DNA of 64,000 nt from Octopus bimaculoides (GCF_001194135.2 NC_068991.1:72600546-72664545), one strand, 5' to 3'; counted from the first letter of the stretch, positions 25,731 through 40,302 are shown. The notes: generated by a model not told the origin, from the letters alone. Numbers and translations are program-made.

Positions 25731-25956
25731 GAAAAGTATATCATTTAATGAATACAAAAGTTTTATGTGAGCTACTTCAAGTTTCATGTTCAGATAATGC
25801 AGTAACCAGATGGGTTTGAGTAGCATTTCATGCATGATAGCCAGATCTTGAAATGGTAAGCTATACAAACTCATCTAAATACTGCACTATCTGAAAATGA
25901 AACTTGAAGTAGCTCTTGTATAACTCTTGTGTTTATCAAATGATGCATATATTCCC
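25731..25956. repeat. Imperfect long inverted repeat (hairpin), arms about 95 bp
   Basis: gagctacttcaagtttcatgttcagataatgcagta vs tactgcactatctgaaaatgaaacttgaagtagctc. Confidence 0.85.
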
Positions 25957-26496
25957 ATTTATACATTTGTCTTTTTATCTCTCCCTCTCTCTGTAAATAT
26001 ATATATATATATATATATANNNNNNNNNNNNNNNNNNNNNNNNNNNNNNNNNNNNNNNNNNNNNNNNNNNNNNNNNNNNNNNNNNNNNNNNNNNNNNNNN
26101 NNNNNNNNNNNNNNNNNNNNNNNNNNNNNNNNNNNNNNNNNNNNNNNNNNNNNNNNNNNNNNNNNNNNNNNNNNNNNNNNNNNNNNNNNNNNNNNNNNNN
26201 NNNNNNNNNNNNNNNNNNNNNNNNNNNNNNNNNNNNNNNNNNNNNNNNNNNNNNNNNNNNNNNNNNNNNNNNNNNNNNNNNNNNNNNNNNNNNNNNNNNN
26301 NNNNNNNNNNNNNNNNNNNNNNNNNNNNNNNNNNNNNNNNNNNNNNNNNNNNNNNNNNNNNNNNNNNNNNNNNNNNNNNNNNNNNNNNNNNNNNNNNNNN
26401 NNNNNNNNNNNNNNNNNNNNNNNNNNNNNNNNNNNNNNNNNNNNNNNNNNNNNNNNNNNNNNNNNNNNNNNNNNNNNNNNNNNNNNNNNNNNNNNN

Positions 26497-26528
<32 letters not shown>

Positions 26529-26562
26529 CACACACACATATATATATATAACAAAAAATGTG

Positions 26563-26857
26563 TTACCAGTTACGCACTGGAGTCAATGTAATCGACATAA
26601 CCCCTTTGTCTGTCCTTGTTTGTCCCCTCTATGTTTAGCCCCTTATGGGCAATAAAGAAATAAGAAACGTTAACATACCGGGTGAAATGATTAGTGGTAT
26701 TTCGTCTGACTTTATGTTCTGTATTCTATTTCCGCTGAGGTCGACTTTGCCTTTCATCCTTTCAGGGTCAATAAATTAAGTACCAGTTGTGTACTGGGGC
26801 CGATCTAATCGACTAGCTCCCTCCCTAAAAATTTCAGGCCCTGTGCCTAGAGTAGAA
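26563..26857 (+). mobile_element. Tandem family A SINE fragments
   Basis: Tail of one copy followed directly by a head-truncated second copy. Confidence 0.85.
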
Positions 26858-27817
26858 AAAAAAATATATTTATGCTCCACTTAAACAAAAAAGTCCCACA
26901 GCTCAATGGTTTCAACATACATGTACAGAGAATAGGATTAAGGCATTTTATTTGAATATAATCAAGGGTTGGCATCGACCTGTAGAATACTGCCCCAAGA
27001 AATCTCATCTGACTCATACCAACAGGGAAAAAAAAGCAGAACTAAAAATGAGGAAGTGATATGGATATGTATATTTGATGAGTGTCTGCTCTTGTCCAAG
27101 TATGACCATCCCTCACTAAAGGGATTTCAAGTTAAGTGCAGCAGAATTTTAGGACTGATAAGACTTGTACAACTCTTTATAGATTCTCTACACACTATTA
27201 GCAAGATATCTGGCATTAATAAAATTCATTAGAACGAGTGTCAGGATCTTCAGATGATCCTTAAGACACCCAAAATGGGGAAGACTACTGAACAGTACAC
27301 ACACACACACACACACACGCACTATGTTTATCTACATGCATCATCATCATCATCATCATCATCGTTTAACGTCCGCTTTCCATGCTAGCATGGGTTGGAC
27401 GATTTGACTGAGGACTGGTGAAACCGGATGGCAACACCAGGCTCCAATATATATATAAATAATTATAAGTTCACACATGCATATACTGTAGAGGATGACC
27501 AAATAAATTATCTATCTATATATATATATACACATATACATATATATATACATACATATACACACACACAAACATATATATATATTTATATAAATCTATG
27601 CGCATACACAACACACATGTATACTACATGTGAGTGTGATGTGTATATACATATATACATGTATATATCTATATATATATACACACACATATATATATAT
27701 GTGTGTGTATGTATGTATATAAAGAAAGAAGACAAATGAGTTGGGGTTTACTACAGCTGTTTCGGGTGCATTTGTTATAGATGAATAAACCAATTACATC
27801 ATGATAAAACCACTCAC

Positions 27818-27921
27818 ATACAAGTATGATCTAGTGGCTTGGGCCACATTGTTACTAATAGTTCAGTGTCTATGTAGTCACAGGTGGACTTAAGCACCTT
27901 TTTGGCCCTACTTCCCTTGAC
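27818..27921 (-). CDS. Exon of an unidentified protein, repeat unit A
   Basis: Consensus donor |gtgagt; only open frame VKGSRAKKVLKSTCDYIDTELLVTMWPKPLDHTC (phase 0-2). 5' boundary uncertain (AAG acceptor at 27921 or TAG acceptor at 27869). Confidence 0.55.
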
Positions 27922-28127
27922 CTTGTGGAACATTTAGGATTTGACAGTTCAGAAAGAGAATGCTGAACCAGCAATTGGCTGGTATTCATTTTCAGGCTGA
28001 GTAGAGATGAGCAGTGTGAACTGAAGAGATGTACTCAAAGACCTTGCATGTGACACCAGGTCCAGGAATTGAACTCTTTATCTCATGACCACGAGACCAA
28101 CACACCTAACCGTTAGGCCACATGCAA

Positions 28128-28159
<32 letters not shown>

Positions 28160-28169
28160 GCATACATAC

Positions 28170-28221
<52 letters not shown>

Positions 28222-29137
28222 GCATCCTCATAATTATCATTATCATTTTAACATCCCCTTTTTCATGCTTGCATGGGTCAGGCAAAATTCCTTGAGGTAG
28301 ATTCTCTATGGTTAGATGCCCCTTCTCTTGCCAGCCCTCACTTCTTTCCAAGCAAGTTAATATTTTCCTATTTCCTGACATGTTATCACTGACCATTGGA
28401 AATAAATAATGCAGCTTGTATGACTGATTTATCCTTTAAAACTAATATGTGATGTCATAAGGAAGCATACACACACACACACGCATGCGCGCACGCACGC
28501 ACACACACACACACACATATATACACACACACTCCTTTACATATATATATATATATATAGGTATACACACAATCAGCTTCTCTCAGTTTCTATTTACCAA
28601 ATCCACTCACAATGATTTGGTTGGCTTAGGGGGCTTTTGTAGAAGACTCATGTCTTGGATGCTACACAGTGGGACTGAACCTGGAACCATGTGGTTGGGA
28701 AGCAAAGTTTTCAACTATACAGCTATACCTGCAGCTAGCTGGCTTGGGTTGAATGGTTCGACAAGCTTGAAGTGGTTGGAGGGCTGTGTCAAACTCCAAT
28801 GTCTACTTTGAAATGGCTTCTATGGCTGGGTGCCCTTTCTAAAGCCAACCACTTTACAGAGTGTACTGGGTGCTCTTCCTGGCCCTAACACTAGTGAAGA
28901 TCATCTCATAACAAGAATGAGGGTCCAAAGTGGTACTTGTAACAGGGAGGGAACACGAGAGAGAGATGGTGATGATTCTTATCTGGAACCAGAGAGGTTA
29001 AATAAGATGAAAGGAACACGAATAGGCTGTAGTCTACTCAGGCAGTAAGGATTCCATAATCTGCCCTTGTGTGTGAGTCAGCTGGGCCTAGGATAGTGAT
29101 TGCAGCTTGTCAGTGGTCAGTGGTCACACAATCTCAC

Positions 29138-29168
29138 TTGTAGCCCCAAACCATCAAAATAGTTGCTC
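29138..29168 (-). CDS. Candidate micro-exon (phase 2-0)
   Basis: tatcacatag| SNYFDGLGLQ |gtgaga; supported only by splice sites and phase fit. Confidence 0.2.
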
Positions 29169-29644
29169 CTATGTGATAACTATTGTGACTAATGTTTTCA
29201 TATTTCATTGAATGATGACTGATCAGCTGACTAGCTATGCCACAACATATAGTGCCTGATACTATGAACTGGTGCTGCAGAATATACTATGCTGCAGCTT
29301 GTTATCAGTTCTGCACCAGCATCCTATCAGCAACAAGTGGACTTGAAAATAAAGAAAATAACTGATATCATTTTATCACCCTGATAGCATTACAACCACA
29401 TGATCTGAGCTGACCAATGGAAGTCTTATCACCTAGAAACCATTTTGAATTTGTTTTAAAGTCTCTATTATATTCCATGAACATTTGACAAGGTGGATGT
29501 GTCCTGCACCCAAGAAACTTCAAGTAATGTGGAGTTGAAACAAACAGTTACATGCACACACACATATATACATATACATACACACACTCTCACACACATG
29601 CACACACACTCATATGATATATATATTTATGTATACACACATTC

Positions 29645-30010
29645 ATAAGTTTATCACCTGATTTCATTATGATTTTTGAAATCTCTCTCTCTGTCTATAA
29701 GCTTGTGCGTATATGTGTATGTATGTATATATGTATATACATACATACATACATGCATACATAAATATATATATATATGTATGTATACACACATACACAC
29801 TCATATAATATATATATTTATGTATACACACATCCACACTTTCATAAGTTTGTCAGTTGATTTCATTATGATCTTTAAAATCTCCGCCCTCTCTCTCTCT
29901 CTCTCTCTCTCTGTCTACATGCTTGTGTATATGTATGTACATATGTATATACATATATACATACATAAATATATATATATATGTATACACACACACACAC
30001 ACACACACAC
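29645..30010 (+). repeat. Local tandem duplication of about 200 bp with embedded microsatellites
   Basis: cataagttt.tca..tgatttcattatgat.ttt.aaatctc at 29644 and 29844. Confidence 0.8.
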
Positions 30011-31991
30011 ACATGTGTACGTGTGTGTGTGTATTGTACTCTTTGGTCATTACCTGTCACTTTTGCATTAAAATCTAAAACAAGAAACTCAGTTTTTTTT
30101 CCTTAGAATCACTCAATAAAGAAGCTTCAGTTGTTATTTACAAAATATCACTTGAAGCCTAGAATAGTATTTGAATCTTAGAAGATGAATGATTAATAGA
30201 GCATCAGGCAGAAAGCTTTGTGGTATTTAGTTATATCCCTTTGTGTTTTTCTTTTCTTCTTTTAGTTTCGTTCAAATTCTGATATGGTTGATTTTACTGT
30301 CTAGCATCAATGCTGAAGATAAAATTACCAGTGAAGTACCGTGGTTGATCTTATCGACTGTGTATTTCCCTCAGAAATGTGTGGCTATGTGTTTACATAT
30401 TCCCAGTTTACAAATAAATAATTATTTTGTTTGTTATTTCATTAGGCTTTTAGATATTACAGATATCAAATATTTTTTACGACATATGTTTCACATTAAA
30501 TTAATGAAAAACACCTTTTCTTTTTCTTAGCTAAATAGAATTCATAGAGAAAATATAATATATAAGGAATTATATTTTATCGGTACAATTAAAACAGGGT
30601 TTTAAACTCTGGTTTAAATTTTAATAAATGCAATAAATTCTTGTGTTAATGGATTTTGGATTTAACGGACTGGATAATAATTATACAAATCTGTGCTACC
30701 ACTATTGTTTCAGCAAAATACACAACTACTCTGTCAAAAAATGAAATAAAAATTACATATTTTTTGTTGCAATTTAATAGAAAAGTGTTGTATAATTTAA
30801 TGATTTAGTGTATATATATATTGTATCAAATAATGTATATTGTATTAAAGGCTTTTTTTACATCAAAAGCATTAAAAAATGGCCCCTATGTTAACTTCAA
30901 TTTAATGGACATATGGTATCAATGAAAGCACTTTCTTCCCTATTCAATCCATTAAATTGAGAGTTTACTGTGTTGATGATTGTTAGTTATGCATAGATAC
31001 ACTTCTGTATAGAACTGCCAAAAAATTAGTTCCTTAGAAACACCCTGAAACTAGTAAAGAAACTGATTGGTAATTTGTTCAATTTTAAATTGCGATTCAC
31101 TAAAATACTGTTGTTATGAAAATATTGAAAACATTCTTTTATTCTTTTACTTGTTTCAGTCATTTGACTGCAGCCATGCTGGAGCACTACCTTTGTTTAA
31201 TTTTATTTTTATAATTTTTAAGTTTTAACCCAACAGTGGTGTAAGCAGTAACTGTTCCAACTCCGTTTGTAACTTAACTGATGAAAGAAATCTTTAGGTT
31301 TGTGTGTTTAATATTATTTGATTTGTGTGTTGGTTTTTGGTGCAACGTATGGTGTTATACATTAACAATTTGGTCTTTGATGTTTAGATAATCCTGCTGG
31401 ATTATCTCACACAGCATATGGTTCCTTCTAACAAACTGACCACAAAATACCAGGTTATTTATTTCTTGTGATTTAAATAATCCATTCTTGTCACAAAGTA
31501 ACAGATTTTTAAGTCAACTAATAGACACACACACACACACACATACACATTTTCAAAGCAAGAGATTTATCTTGCTGTGAAAAATATAGTAGTATAACTG
31601 TTTCAAATTTGCAGTGGAGTTCTGTGTACAATCATTATTCTTTATTTTAATTTTAGCCATAAAGTACAACGTTGGTTTTTGAAGTTGGTTCACTATATAA
31701 TATCATCCTTGTGAAAAAGATATTCTAACAGTCCATATTAGTAAAACAAAACAAGAGCTTATGTAAGAAACGGTATCATGTAACATGTGAGGTGATAAAA
31801 ATAAATATATTTAAATATTTTTCGTTCTGTAAATTGAACCTAAGTTTGTTTAAGTAAATGTTAAAGCTTCAGTTCTTGTTGTACAAGATGAATAATTATA
31901 TTTATTCAAATGGTTTAAACATCAAGAAAGAGAGGGAGAGAATGAGAGAGAGAGAGATATGTGGGAGACAGGAAAAGAGAAAGAGTAAGGA

Positions 31992-32069
<78 letters not shown>

Positions 32070-32593
32070 ACATTAAAAATCTCCTTTCTAATATTATTCC
32101 AGCTGAAGATTAAACTTATAATTTCTCTTAGGTATTATGGGTTTGTGTATATTCCCGTGTGTGTATGTGTGTGTGTGTGCATACACACAGACACACACAC
32201 ACACACACACACTCATATATATGCATTTATATACACATACATATGTTTGTATGAGTTCGTGCATGTATGTATATATATATGTATGTACATTTGTGTATCA
32301 CTAATTATCAAAAACTGATTTACAATGAAAATTTGGCAAACTCACAAATATTCTATCAGAGAAGAGTTGATATTAAAAGCAGGAATGTAATATATGATAA
32401 TGACAGTAGTTATGATTATCATAATTATTACAATGATTAACAGCATCAAGTTGTTTTTTCTATTTTCTAATGAAAATAGACATTTCTTATAAAACTAACA
32501 CCTTAGGATGAAATGAGAAAACATCACCATTTAAATATCTGTGTTCATTCTAAATTATCATAACATCAAAACAGAAATGTATTAATATCATAA

Positions 32594-32626
<33 letters not shown>

Positions 32627-33811
32627 CTTTAGGAAATATGTAGTTATCTATTTATTGGGACTATATAACCAAATAGTTAAGAAGTTCTCTTCATAACCAG
32701 AAGATCCTGGGTTTGAACTCACTCTATAACATCATGAGCAAATATAATTTTTTTATAGCCTTGGTTTGACCAATACCTTGTGAGTGAAACCAGGTAAATG
32801 GAAACTGTACAGAAACCTGTCTAGTGGATTTTGCAGCCTTGTCACACACCGTGTCATGCTGTTTCTACTTCAGAATTACATTAAAGGTATATGTAATGTA
32901 TGTATCGGGAATGCTCATTCACATATATGTTAATTCAAGTGCAGGTAATTCAATTGAGCAATGGCAATCTGTTACCACGACCATGACCACCACCACCATA
33001 ACCACAGTTATATATCTGTTGTATGTATAATTGTAGTGGAGAAATGAATTTATTGTCAGTAGTTAGTAATTATGAAGATATCGTTAAGGTGAACATAAAT
33101 AGCTCTGAAACATTGTTTTATTTAACATAGATTTTCTAGTTAAATACATTTCAAAGTGAACCATATATTAAATATACACCTCTTCAACATCCAACAAATT
33201 AAAAAGTAAAAGAAAATTGAATGATCTTTAATACTTATATATTTTTATTTTCACATATTTGTTTTCAGTCTGTACTGAACTGTAATTTACTAAAGATCTA
33301 CAAAACCATTTTTATAAAAGGGTGTCATTTTGACTTTAATTTGAGAACATTTATTCAAAATGCCACCAAAGAGTAATTATTGTAAAGTTTTTTTTAAAAG
33401 TAATTTCTATTTTAAAAGAAACTACATCATTTAATTATACAAAGCTGTTAAATTCATGGTTAAATATAAATTTATTTCAAGGGTTACCGAAAGCTTTGTC
33501 ATGTGACTGCAACTTGGTCACTGATGAAAATTTTCACCCCTCTTTTTCCTCATCATTTTAAGGTCCACTTTTCCAAGCTTGCATGGGTCACTTTTCCAGG
33601 CTTACTTGTTGAGGCAGATTTTCTATGGCTGGTTGCCCTTCCTGTTGCTAAGCCTCACCTGTTTTCAGGTAGGGGAATATTTCCCCATTGGCCTGATGTG
33701 TTTTCACAAAAGATTGGAAACAAATGACAGTGATGTTCGTTTGAAACCATCACATGATGTCATGATGAGGACATGCATATACACATACACACACATTTTT
33801 ATATAAAGATG

Positions 33812-33980
33812 TACAGCTGGCTTCTTTCAGTTTCCATTTTCCAAATACTCTCACAAAGCTTTGGTTAGCCCAGAGCTATTGTAGAAGACACTTGCCCAAG
33901 GTGCCATGCAGCATAAGTGAACCTGAAACTATGTGGTTGGGAAGCAAACTTCATAACTACACAGCCATACTTGCGCCTAT
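33812..33980 (-). mobile_element. Family B SINE 5' part
   Basis: agaagacacttgcccaaggtgccatgcag...; similar partial copies at 16395-16545 (-), 28575-28735 (-), 32670-32825 (+). Confidence 0.8.
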
Positions 33981-34958
33981 TGAAATAAATTTAGATTCAA
34001 AGCTGTATGTTATATCAAATAGCTGTTTTATGATGTAGTTGCTTCTGTTTCAACATACTGTCTCAGATCAGGTCAAGTCACTTGCTAGACAGGTACAGCT
34101 CTGAAATTGTTTTTACAGCTATGATAAAAATATATTTTCTTTCCTTCTTTGGATTTGAATAATCCAATATAAGATGTATTTTATTTCAAATCTTTGAAAA
34201 TTTAATTTAATTTTATTTCTTTTTCTATTTTGGAAAGATTGTGTCCTTTCCAACTTACTCCATGACTAATGGGAACAAATGATTAAAATAAAGAATAGTT
34301 ATTACTTGACTTAAAAAAAGATGTGTGTCAACCATGTACACAAGAAATACTTAAAAAAATTTAAGTGACAGATTTACATTGAAAATAAAAAAGAAAAAGA
34401 AAAGCTTTCAGCTAAGAAGATACGACTAGGATTCTGTGATACGCAAACATACAAACAACTATGTATGTATGCATGAGAATATGAGTATCTCTTAAAAATT
34501 ATATAATTATTATGTTAGATCTATGTTCAACCTCATTGCTTCAAGGTTGTCTTGTCGCAGTGCAGTATCATATTACACTAAACCTGCTGTTGCGAGTTAT
34601 AAGTTGTTCACCTTTTTTATGTATATCTATTGGAAGATGAAAGCACAATTGTATTTATATATCCTAAGTTTTCGGTTAATTTTCAGTGAATTCCTTTCTC
34701 AAATGCTAATAGAGTTATTAGATTGACAAATAAAATGAAAGTGAATGAATTATTTATGTAATTAATATAACTTTGTAATTTATAAACTTTATACATGGTT
34801 AATTTATGGTTATATTTCTTACATAGATTTACAATTGTGTCTTCTGTTCGACCAAACAATTATCTTTAACAATTACCTTATTGAAATCTCCATCTGCACA
34901 CATATATTATTTGTGTTCCTCAATGATAGTTGAAGTCAGGAATAAATTATTATTATTA

Positions 34959-35004
<46 letters not shown>

Positions 35005-36757
35005 GATTATTATTATCATTATTATATGAGCCACTTTTAGGAATATTGTGTTGGAAGATTGGATACATTTTTGTGTGATCTGATAAGTGAGCATGAAAGA
35101 TGTTTACGAATGAATTCAGAACATTTTTCGTTTATTTTTTATTGTAACATTGCTAATGCTTTCTACTTGTTTTAAATGCCATGAATAATGGTAGAGTGAT
35201 TTCTCTCAAGTTTAAACAAAACAAAACAAAACAAAACAACAACAAAAAAAAACAAAAACAAAGTAAAAAAGAATCAGAAAACTGTTTGTAAGAAAGGGCT
35301 AAGGCAAAAAAAAAAAAAAAAAAACTTTCTTGCCATTTCCACCAACTTTGCCACAGACTGATAGCATTTGTGCCAATGTTTGGAGTATGAGCCTTTAATT
35401 TGATTATTTCTTTTATTTTTTTTATTTTTAAACGAATATTTTGAAGACCTCAGATACTAATTTCTTGTTCTGTGTTCAGTCTTAAAAAAAAAGCAACAAC
35501 AAAAACTTATGTCAACAGTAAAAGACCCAACTTAAAGGGCAAATGTTATTATGGTAACACATTTTATCATTTTTTTTTTATTTGTAATTATTTATCGATT
35601 TATTCATTTATTTATTCCTTGTCAAGCAATAAGTTTTTTCTCTTTTCTTTGTTTATAAGAAAAACCTCAAACAAGTTGGCAAACCACATTTTTCTAATTT
35701 TTCATTTTTTTATTTTTGAGATTTACTTCTTTTGAGGAAGTGTTAGAATGTCGTTCCCCCATTAAATAGAATTTATTTGTGGGCAGCTGAATAACTTCTG
35801 TAATTACTTTCATTTTCTATTATTTATTTTTTTGTGCCTAAAGCTAACGATTATATCACATAGTGTCCTTTGTCTTACTCATTAAATGTTTTCGCCTCAA
35901 ATTACCGATTCTCTAAAATGTATTTCTTTTAATCAGAAGATTACAAAAGTGAAACAACAACCTATCAATAAACTGTACATCATTGCAAACATAAATTAGC
36001 AATTAGCTCTAAAAAAAATTAGACAAACAGTCTATGCATTTTGTATCTGCGTTGGCTAATTCACTCGTTATGATTACAACATCATATGCTTTTGAATGTT
36101 TATCTTATCCCATTCAATATTTCTGTGATATCATTGTTGTTTTCTGTTCTATTAATCCATACATGCTAGAAACTATCTAGAAGTTAGTTTATTGCATATA
36201 CCTGTAATATATATTATATATATATATATATAAATAAATAATCAAAATAAAATAAAAAATAAATAAACAATTTAAAAAAAAACAACAACAAATTACTCCA
36301 AAATTGGTTTATCTTAGATGATGTAGTGAGCTTTCTGGATGCTTCAGTGATGGTAAATGGAACATAAATATATTAGAAAAATGGAAATTTCATTAAATTC
36401 CTGCTCTTCTGTTATGAAATCAAATAAGAAACATATAAATGACAATGGAAAAACATAAATTTGAATTTTCCTCCATGATTGGAAAAATCTTTGAATAATC
36501 TATTAAGAAATCTGAATATTTAATATTTATTGTCTTTGAATGATTTTTTTTTTCTTTGTAGAAAATCAAATTAATGAGAGTAGTAAATAACTTATATTAA
36601 TTTCAAGTGATCCGTATTGATTTTGTTTGCCATTTCATATTTCAGATAAATTATCATCAATAAATTCTTTTTTTTATATTTGTGTAAAAATCAATGTAAA
36701 GGTGAAATCTTGAACAGTATCATCTATGTTCTCTCAACATGGAACTCTCTCACTTAC

Positions 36758-36804
36758 ATTATACTTGCCTTTAGAAAGGCATGAACATTACAACATCCAG
36801 TCAC
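36758..36804 (-). CDS. Candidate exon (phase 0-2)
   Basis: ttttctattcattag| VTGCCNVHAFLKASI |gtaagtg. Confidence 0.3.
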
Positions 36805-36912
36805 CTAATGAATAGAAAAGGTTTTCAAACCAAATATTTCCCAATTAAATTGGTAAAAGAAGATCAAGGACAATCAACTATATTACTTTTATTATTATCA
36901 TTATTATTATTA

Positions 36913-36951
<39 letters not shown>

Positions 36952-37768
36952 GAACAGTGATGGATTGGTAGAATTGTTCCTGCTCCTGGCATTCTGAGTT
37001 CCGATCCTATCAAGGTCTAGTTTGCCTTTTATAAAATGAAGTACCAGTTAAGTGCTGGAGTTGATGGTATTGACTAAGCCATTTCCCTTAAAATTGCTGG
37101 CCTTGTGCCTAAATTAGAAACCATTATTATAATTTTCTTTTCTTTGCTTAAGAGAAATGGTTTAATATTTTGTTTCTTTTAGTTTTCATATATAAAAAAA
37201 AAATTATAATGAAATAGGATTAAAAATGTTTTTAATCTTGGGCTGGTTGGTAGAATTGATCCATTGCCTGGTTTTTAACATTACCATCTGGCCCTTGAAT
37301 ACCTTTAGTGGAGTCCTCCTACCTGTCTCAGAAGCCCTGAAAAGGATCATGTGCACTGACCTTCTTCCTTTAACTAAACCCCTTTCTATGAAAACCTCTC
37401 ATAAAAGACCCTCAAAACAAATTAAGGACACTATGTGATATGTTAATCTTTTAGAGACAAATTGATTTGAGCTATTTTCTGCTCAAAATTGTCTCAATGC
37501 TATTTATTGCTAGCCTGGCTCTTTTCCCATTCATTTAAGCACTCATGTATGATAAAATTATACACAAAGTTGGCCATCACCTTTTCACCTTATTTTATTT
37601 TATTTCATTTTTATTCGCTATAAATAAGTAAAACAATTTGAAACAACCATCAACCCAGATGATAAGGCATAATTCTTAAGCTAACGAAAAAGGTTCATAA
37701 GCAAATATATATATATACATATATATAGAAAGTAAATTGCAATTTGTATTGTGAAAGGAAAATCTTAC

Positions 37769-37839
37769 CATGTAAGGCCTTTCACAGTCATTTTATTTAT
37801 ATATATATATATTTTGGCATCATTTTCGGTTGTGTGAGG
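37769..37839 (-). other. Candidate 5'UTR/start-codon exon
   Basis: tcatttttcag| ... ATG|gtaaga; the ATG is at the exon end with an upstream in-frame TAA. Confidence 0.3.
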
Positions 37840-38494
37840 CTGAAAAATGACATCTTGAGAAATAAATCAATTATACCATATTTTGAAAAAAATTTTTAAA
37901 GATTTATTATATTCTACACTTCTCTCATTTTAATTGGCCAAAAAACAAAACAAAAATACTCCCCCCTCAAGATAACAACCCTGTTCTTTGTATATATTTC
38001 TTTTGATTTTTTTAGCCTTCTCATTTATTTTTCCTTTTCAAATGTTGTCATAAGTTTGAGATTCATGATTTTTACTTCATTTAGCGTTGACTTTTTTTTT
38101 TTTTTCCTGATATCCAAGATTAACTGTGTAATTGTTGAAAGGGCTATTGTTGCTGAAGTGTGAGAAATGTACAGAAAAAAAAAATTTCAAAAAACCTGCA
38201 ATGAATAAATGATTCTTTGAATCTGGTCTCAATTGTCTGATTCTAACAAAGTTTAAATTATTTTATTTAATTAGTTTCAGAATTTCAGAAGACTCCTGTG
38301 GCACCAAAAAACCATGTCGCCTGGTGGCTAAAGTATTGTATTCATGATCACTAGATTGTGGTTTCTATTCCTGGATATTCCATTGTGCTCTTTTGTAAAA
38401 CACTTCATTTCACATAGATTCCATTCATTGAGCAGTAAATGAGAAACCCTATGACAGAGGGAATGTTCTGATTTTGCTCCCTTACACTCTCTTT

Positions 38495-38908
38495 TCTACT
38501 CTAGGCACAAGGCCCAACGTTTTTGGGGAGAGGACCAGTCGATCAAGTACACAATTTGTACTTAATGTCTCAACCTCGAAAGGATGAAAGGCAAAGTCGA
38601 CCTTGATGAAATGTGAACTCAGAACACAAAGACAGATGAAGTAACGCTAAGCATTTTGCTTGGCGTGCTAACATTTCTTATTTCTTTACTGCCCACAAGA
38701 GGCTACACACAGAGGGGACAAACAAAGATAGACAAAGGGATTAAGTCGATTACATCGACCCCAGTGCATAACTGGTACTTAATTTTTCGACCCCAAAAGG
38801 ATGAAAGGCAAAGTCGACCTCGGCGGAATTTGAACTCAGAACATAAAGACAGACGAAATACCGCTAAGCATTTCGCCCGGCGTGCTAACGTTTCTGCCTG
38901 CTCACCGC
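38495..38908 (-). mobile_element. Two tandem family A SINEs
   Basis: Two aaaggcaaagtcgacct...gaactcagaac...ctaagcattt blocks. Confidence 0.9.
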
Positions 38909-40029
38909 CTTGCTCCCTTGCATTCTATAGAAACCAGGTAACCAGCCCTATAAGGCCTAGAAACTCTAGACAGTAGTTATTGTGACAAAAATTGCAAATT
39001 AATATTACCATATTTGATGGTATAAAAGATGTGCAGGCATATAGGCACAAGTGTGACTGTGTGGTAAGAAAGCTGCTTCCCAAACACACGGTTCCAGGTT
39101 CAGTCCCACTGTATGGCACCTTGGGCAAGTGTCTTCTGCCTGGGTTGACTTTGGGAATGAGTTTGATAGACACGTAAAGTGTGTGGAAATCTGTCTCGTA
39201 TGTGTGTATGTATGTATTATGTGTGTATATGTGTGTGTCTTAATGTTTGTAATTACCACCATCGCTTGTGTGCCTTTTCTTACTATAGCAGTTTGGCAAA
39301 CGAGAACCGATAAAATAAATACCAAACATTATGAAACATTAAGTACTGGGGTTTATTTGTTGGACTAAATCCTTCAAGGCGTGCTCCAGCATGACCACAG
39401 CCCAATGCTGAAACAAGCAGAAGATAAAAGGTTTAATTAAATGAAGAACTCAAATTTTCTTTTAATTTCAATTAATTACGGTAAATATTTCTTTTGGTCA
39501 AGTCAATAAAACGTTTCTGGTAATCTTATTGATTTCCTGGTTCGTGCCAATATCATCGATTTCCTGGTTCAATTTCTATCGAACCCAACATGATTTGAAC
39601 TCAAAACCAACCAGACCAGAATTTTCACAATGTTCAATCCATTTATGTCGTGCTAAGTTGCTTCTGGAAATTTACGAAAATGAATCCAGAGTAAAATAAC
39701 GCTAAATTTATAAGGGAGATAACTCTGATGTTACCAACGAATTGCAAGGGAGAAAACTCTCCTTTCAGATTTAAATGAAACTATAATTTCGTAAAACAAG
39801 TTTCCTTCAATTTGTTCATAAATGAATCTAACAATACCATGTTAACTCTGTTGTATGAGATAGCAATTCCCCTACGTTCTCTAAANNNNNNNNNNNNNNN
39901 NNNNNNNNNNNNNNNNNNNNNNNNNNNNNNNNNNNNNATCAAAGGCAAAGTTAAACCTCGGAAGTGGGATTTCAACTCAAAATATTAAAAGACAATAACT
40001 AAATACCTCAAAGCAGTTTGTCTGGCACT

Positions 40030-40071
<42 letters not shown>

Positions 40072-40158
40072 ATACCACTACCACCACCACCACCACCACC
40101 ACCACCACCACTACTACTACTGCTGCTGCGACTGCTGCTGCTGCGACTGCTGCTGCTG

Positions 40159-40196
<38 letters not shown>

Positions 40197-40245
40197 GCTA
40201 TTACCACAACCACCACCACCACCACCACAACCACTACTACTACTA

Positions 40246-40302
<57 letters not shown>

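Noticed and set aside
29269-29319. Short hairpin ctggtgctgcagaa / ttctgcaccag as a pre-miRNA
   Set aside because: Stem too short with a large loop; not a miRNA I recognise
34057-34098. Minus-strand segment with good acceptor and donor
   Set aside because: Stops in all three frames
36318-36352. + strand exon candidate DDVVSFLDASVM
   Set aside because: Isolated 35-nt AG/GT segment, expected by chance in AT-rich DNA
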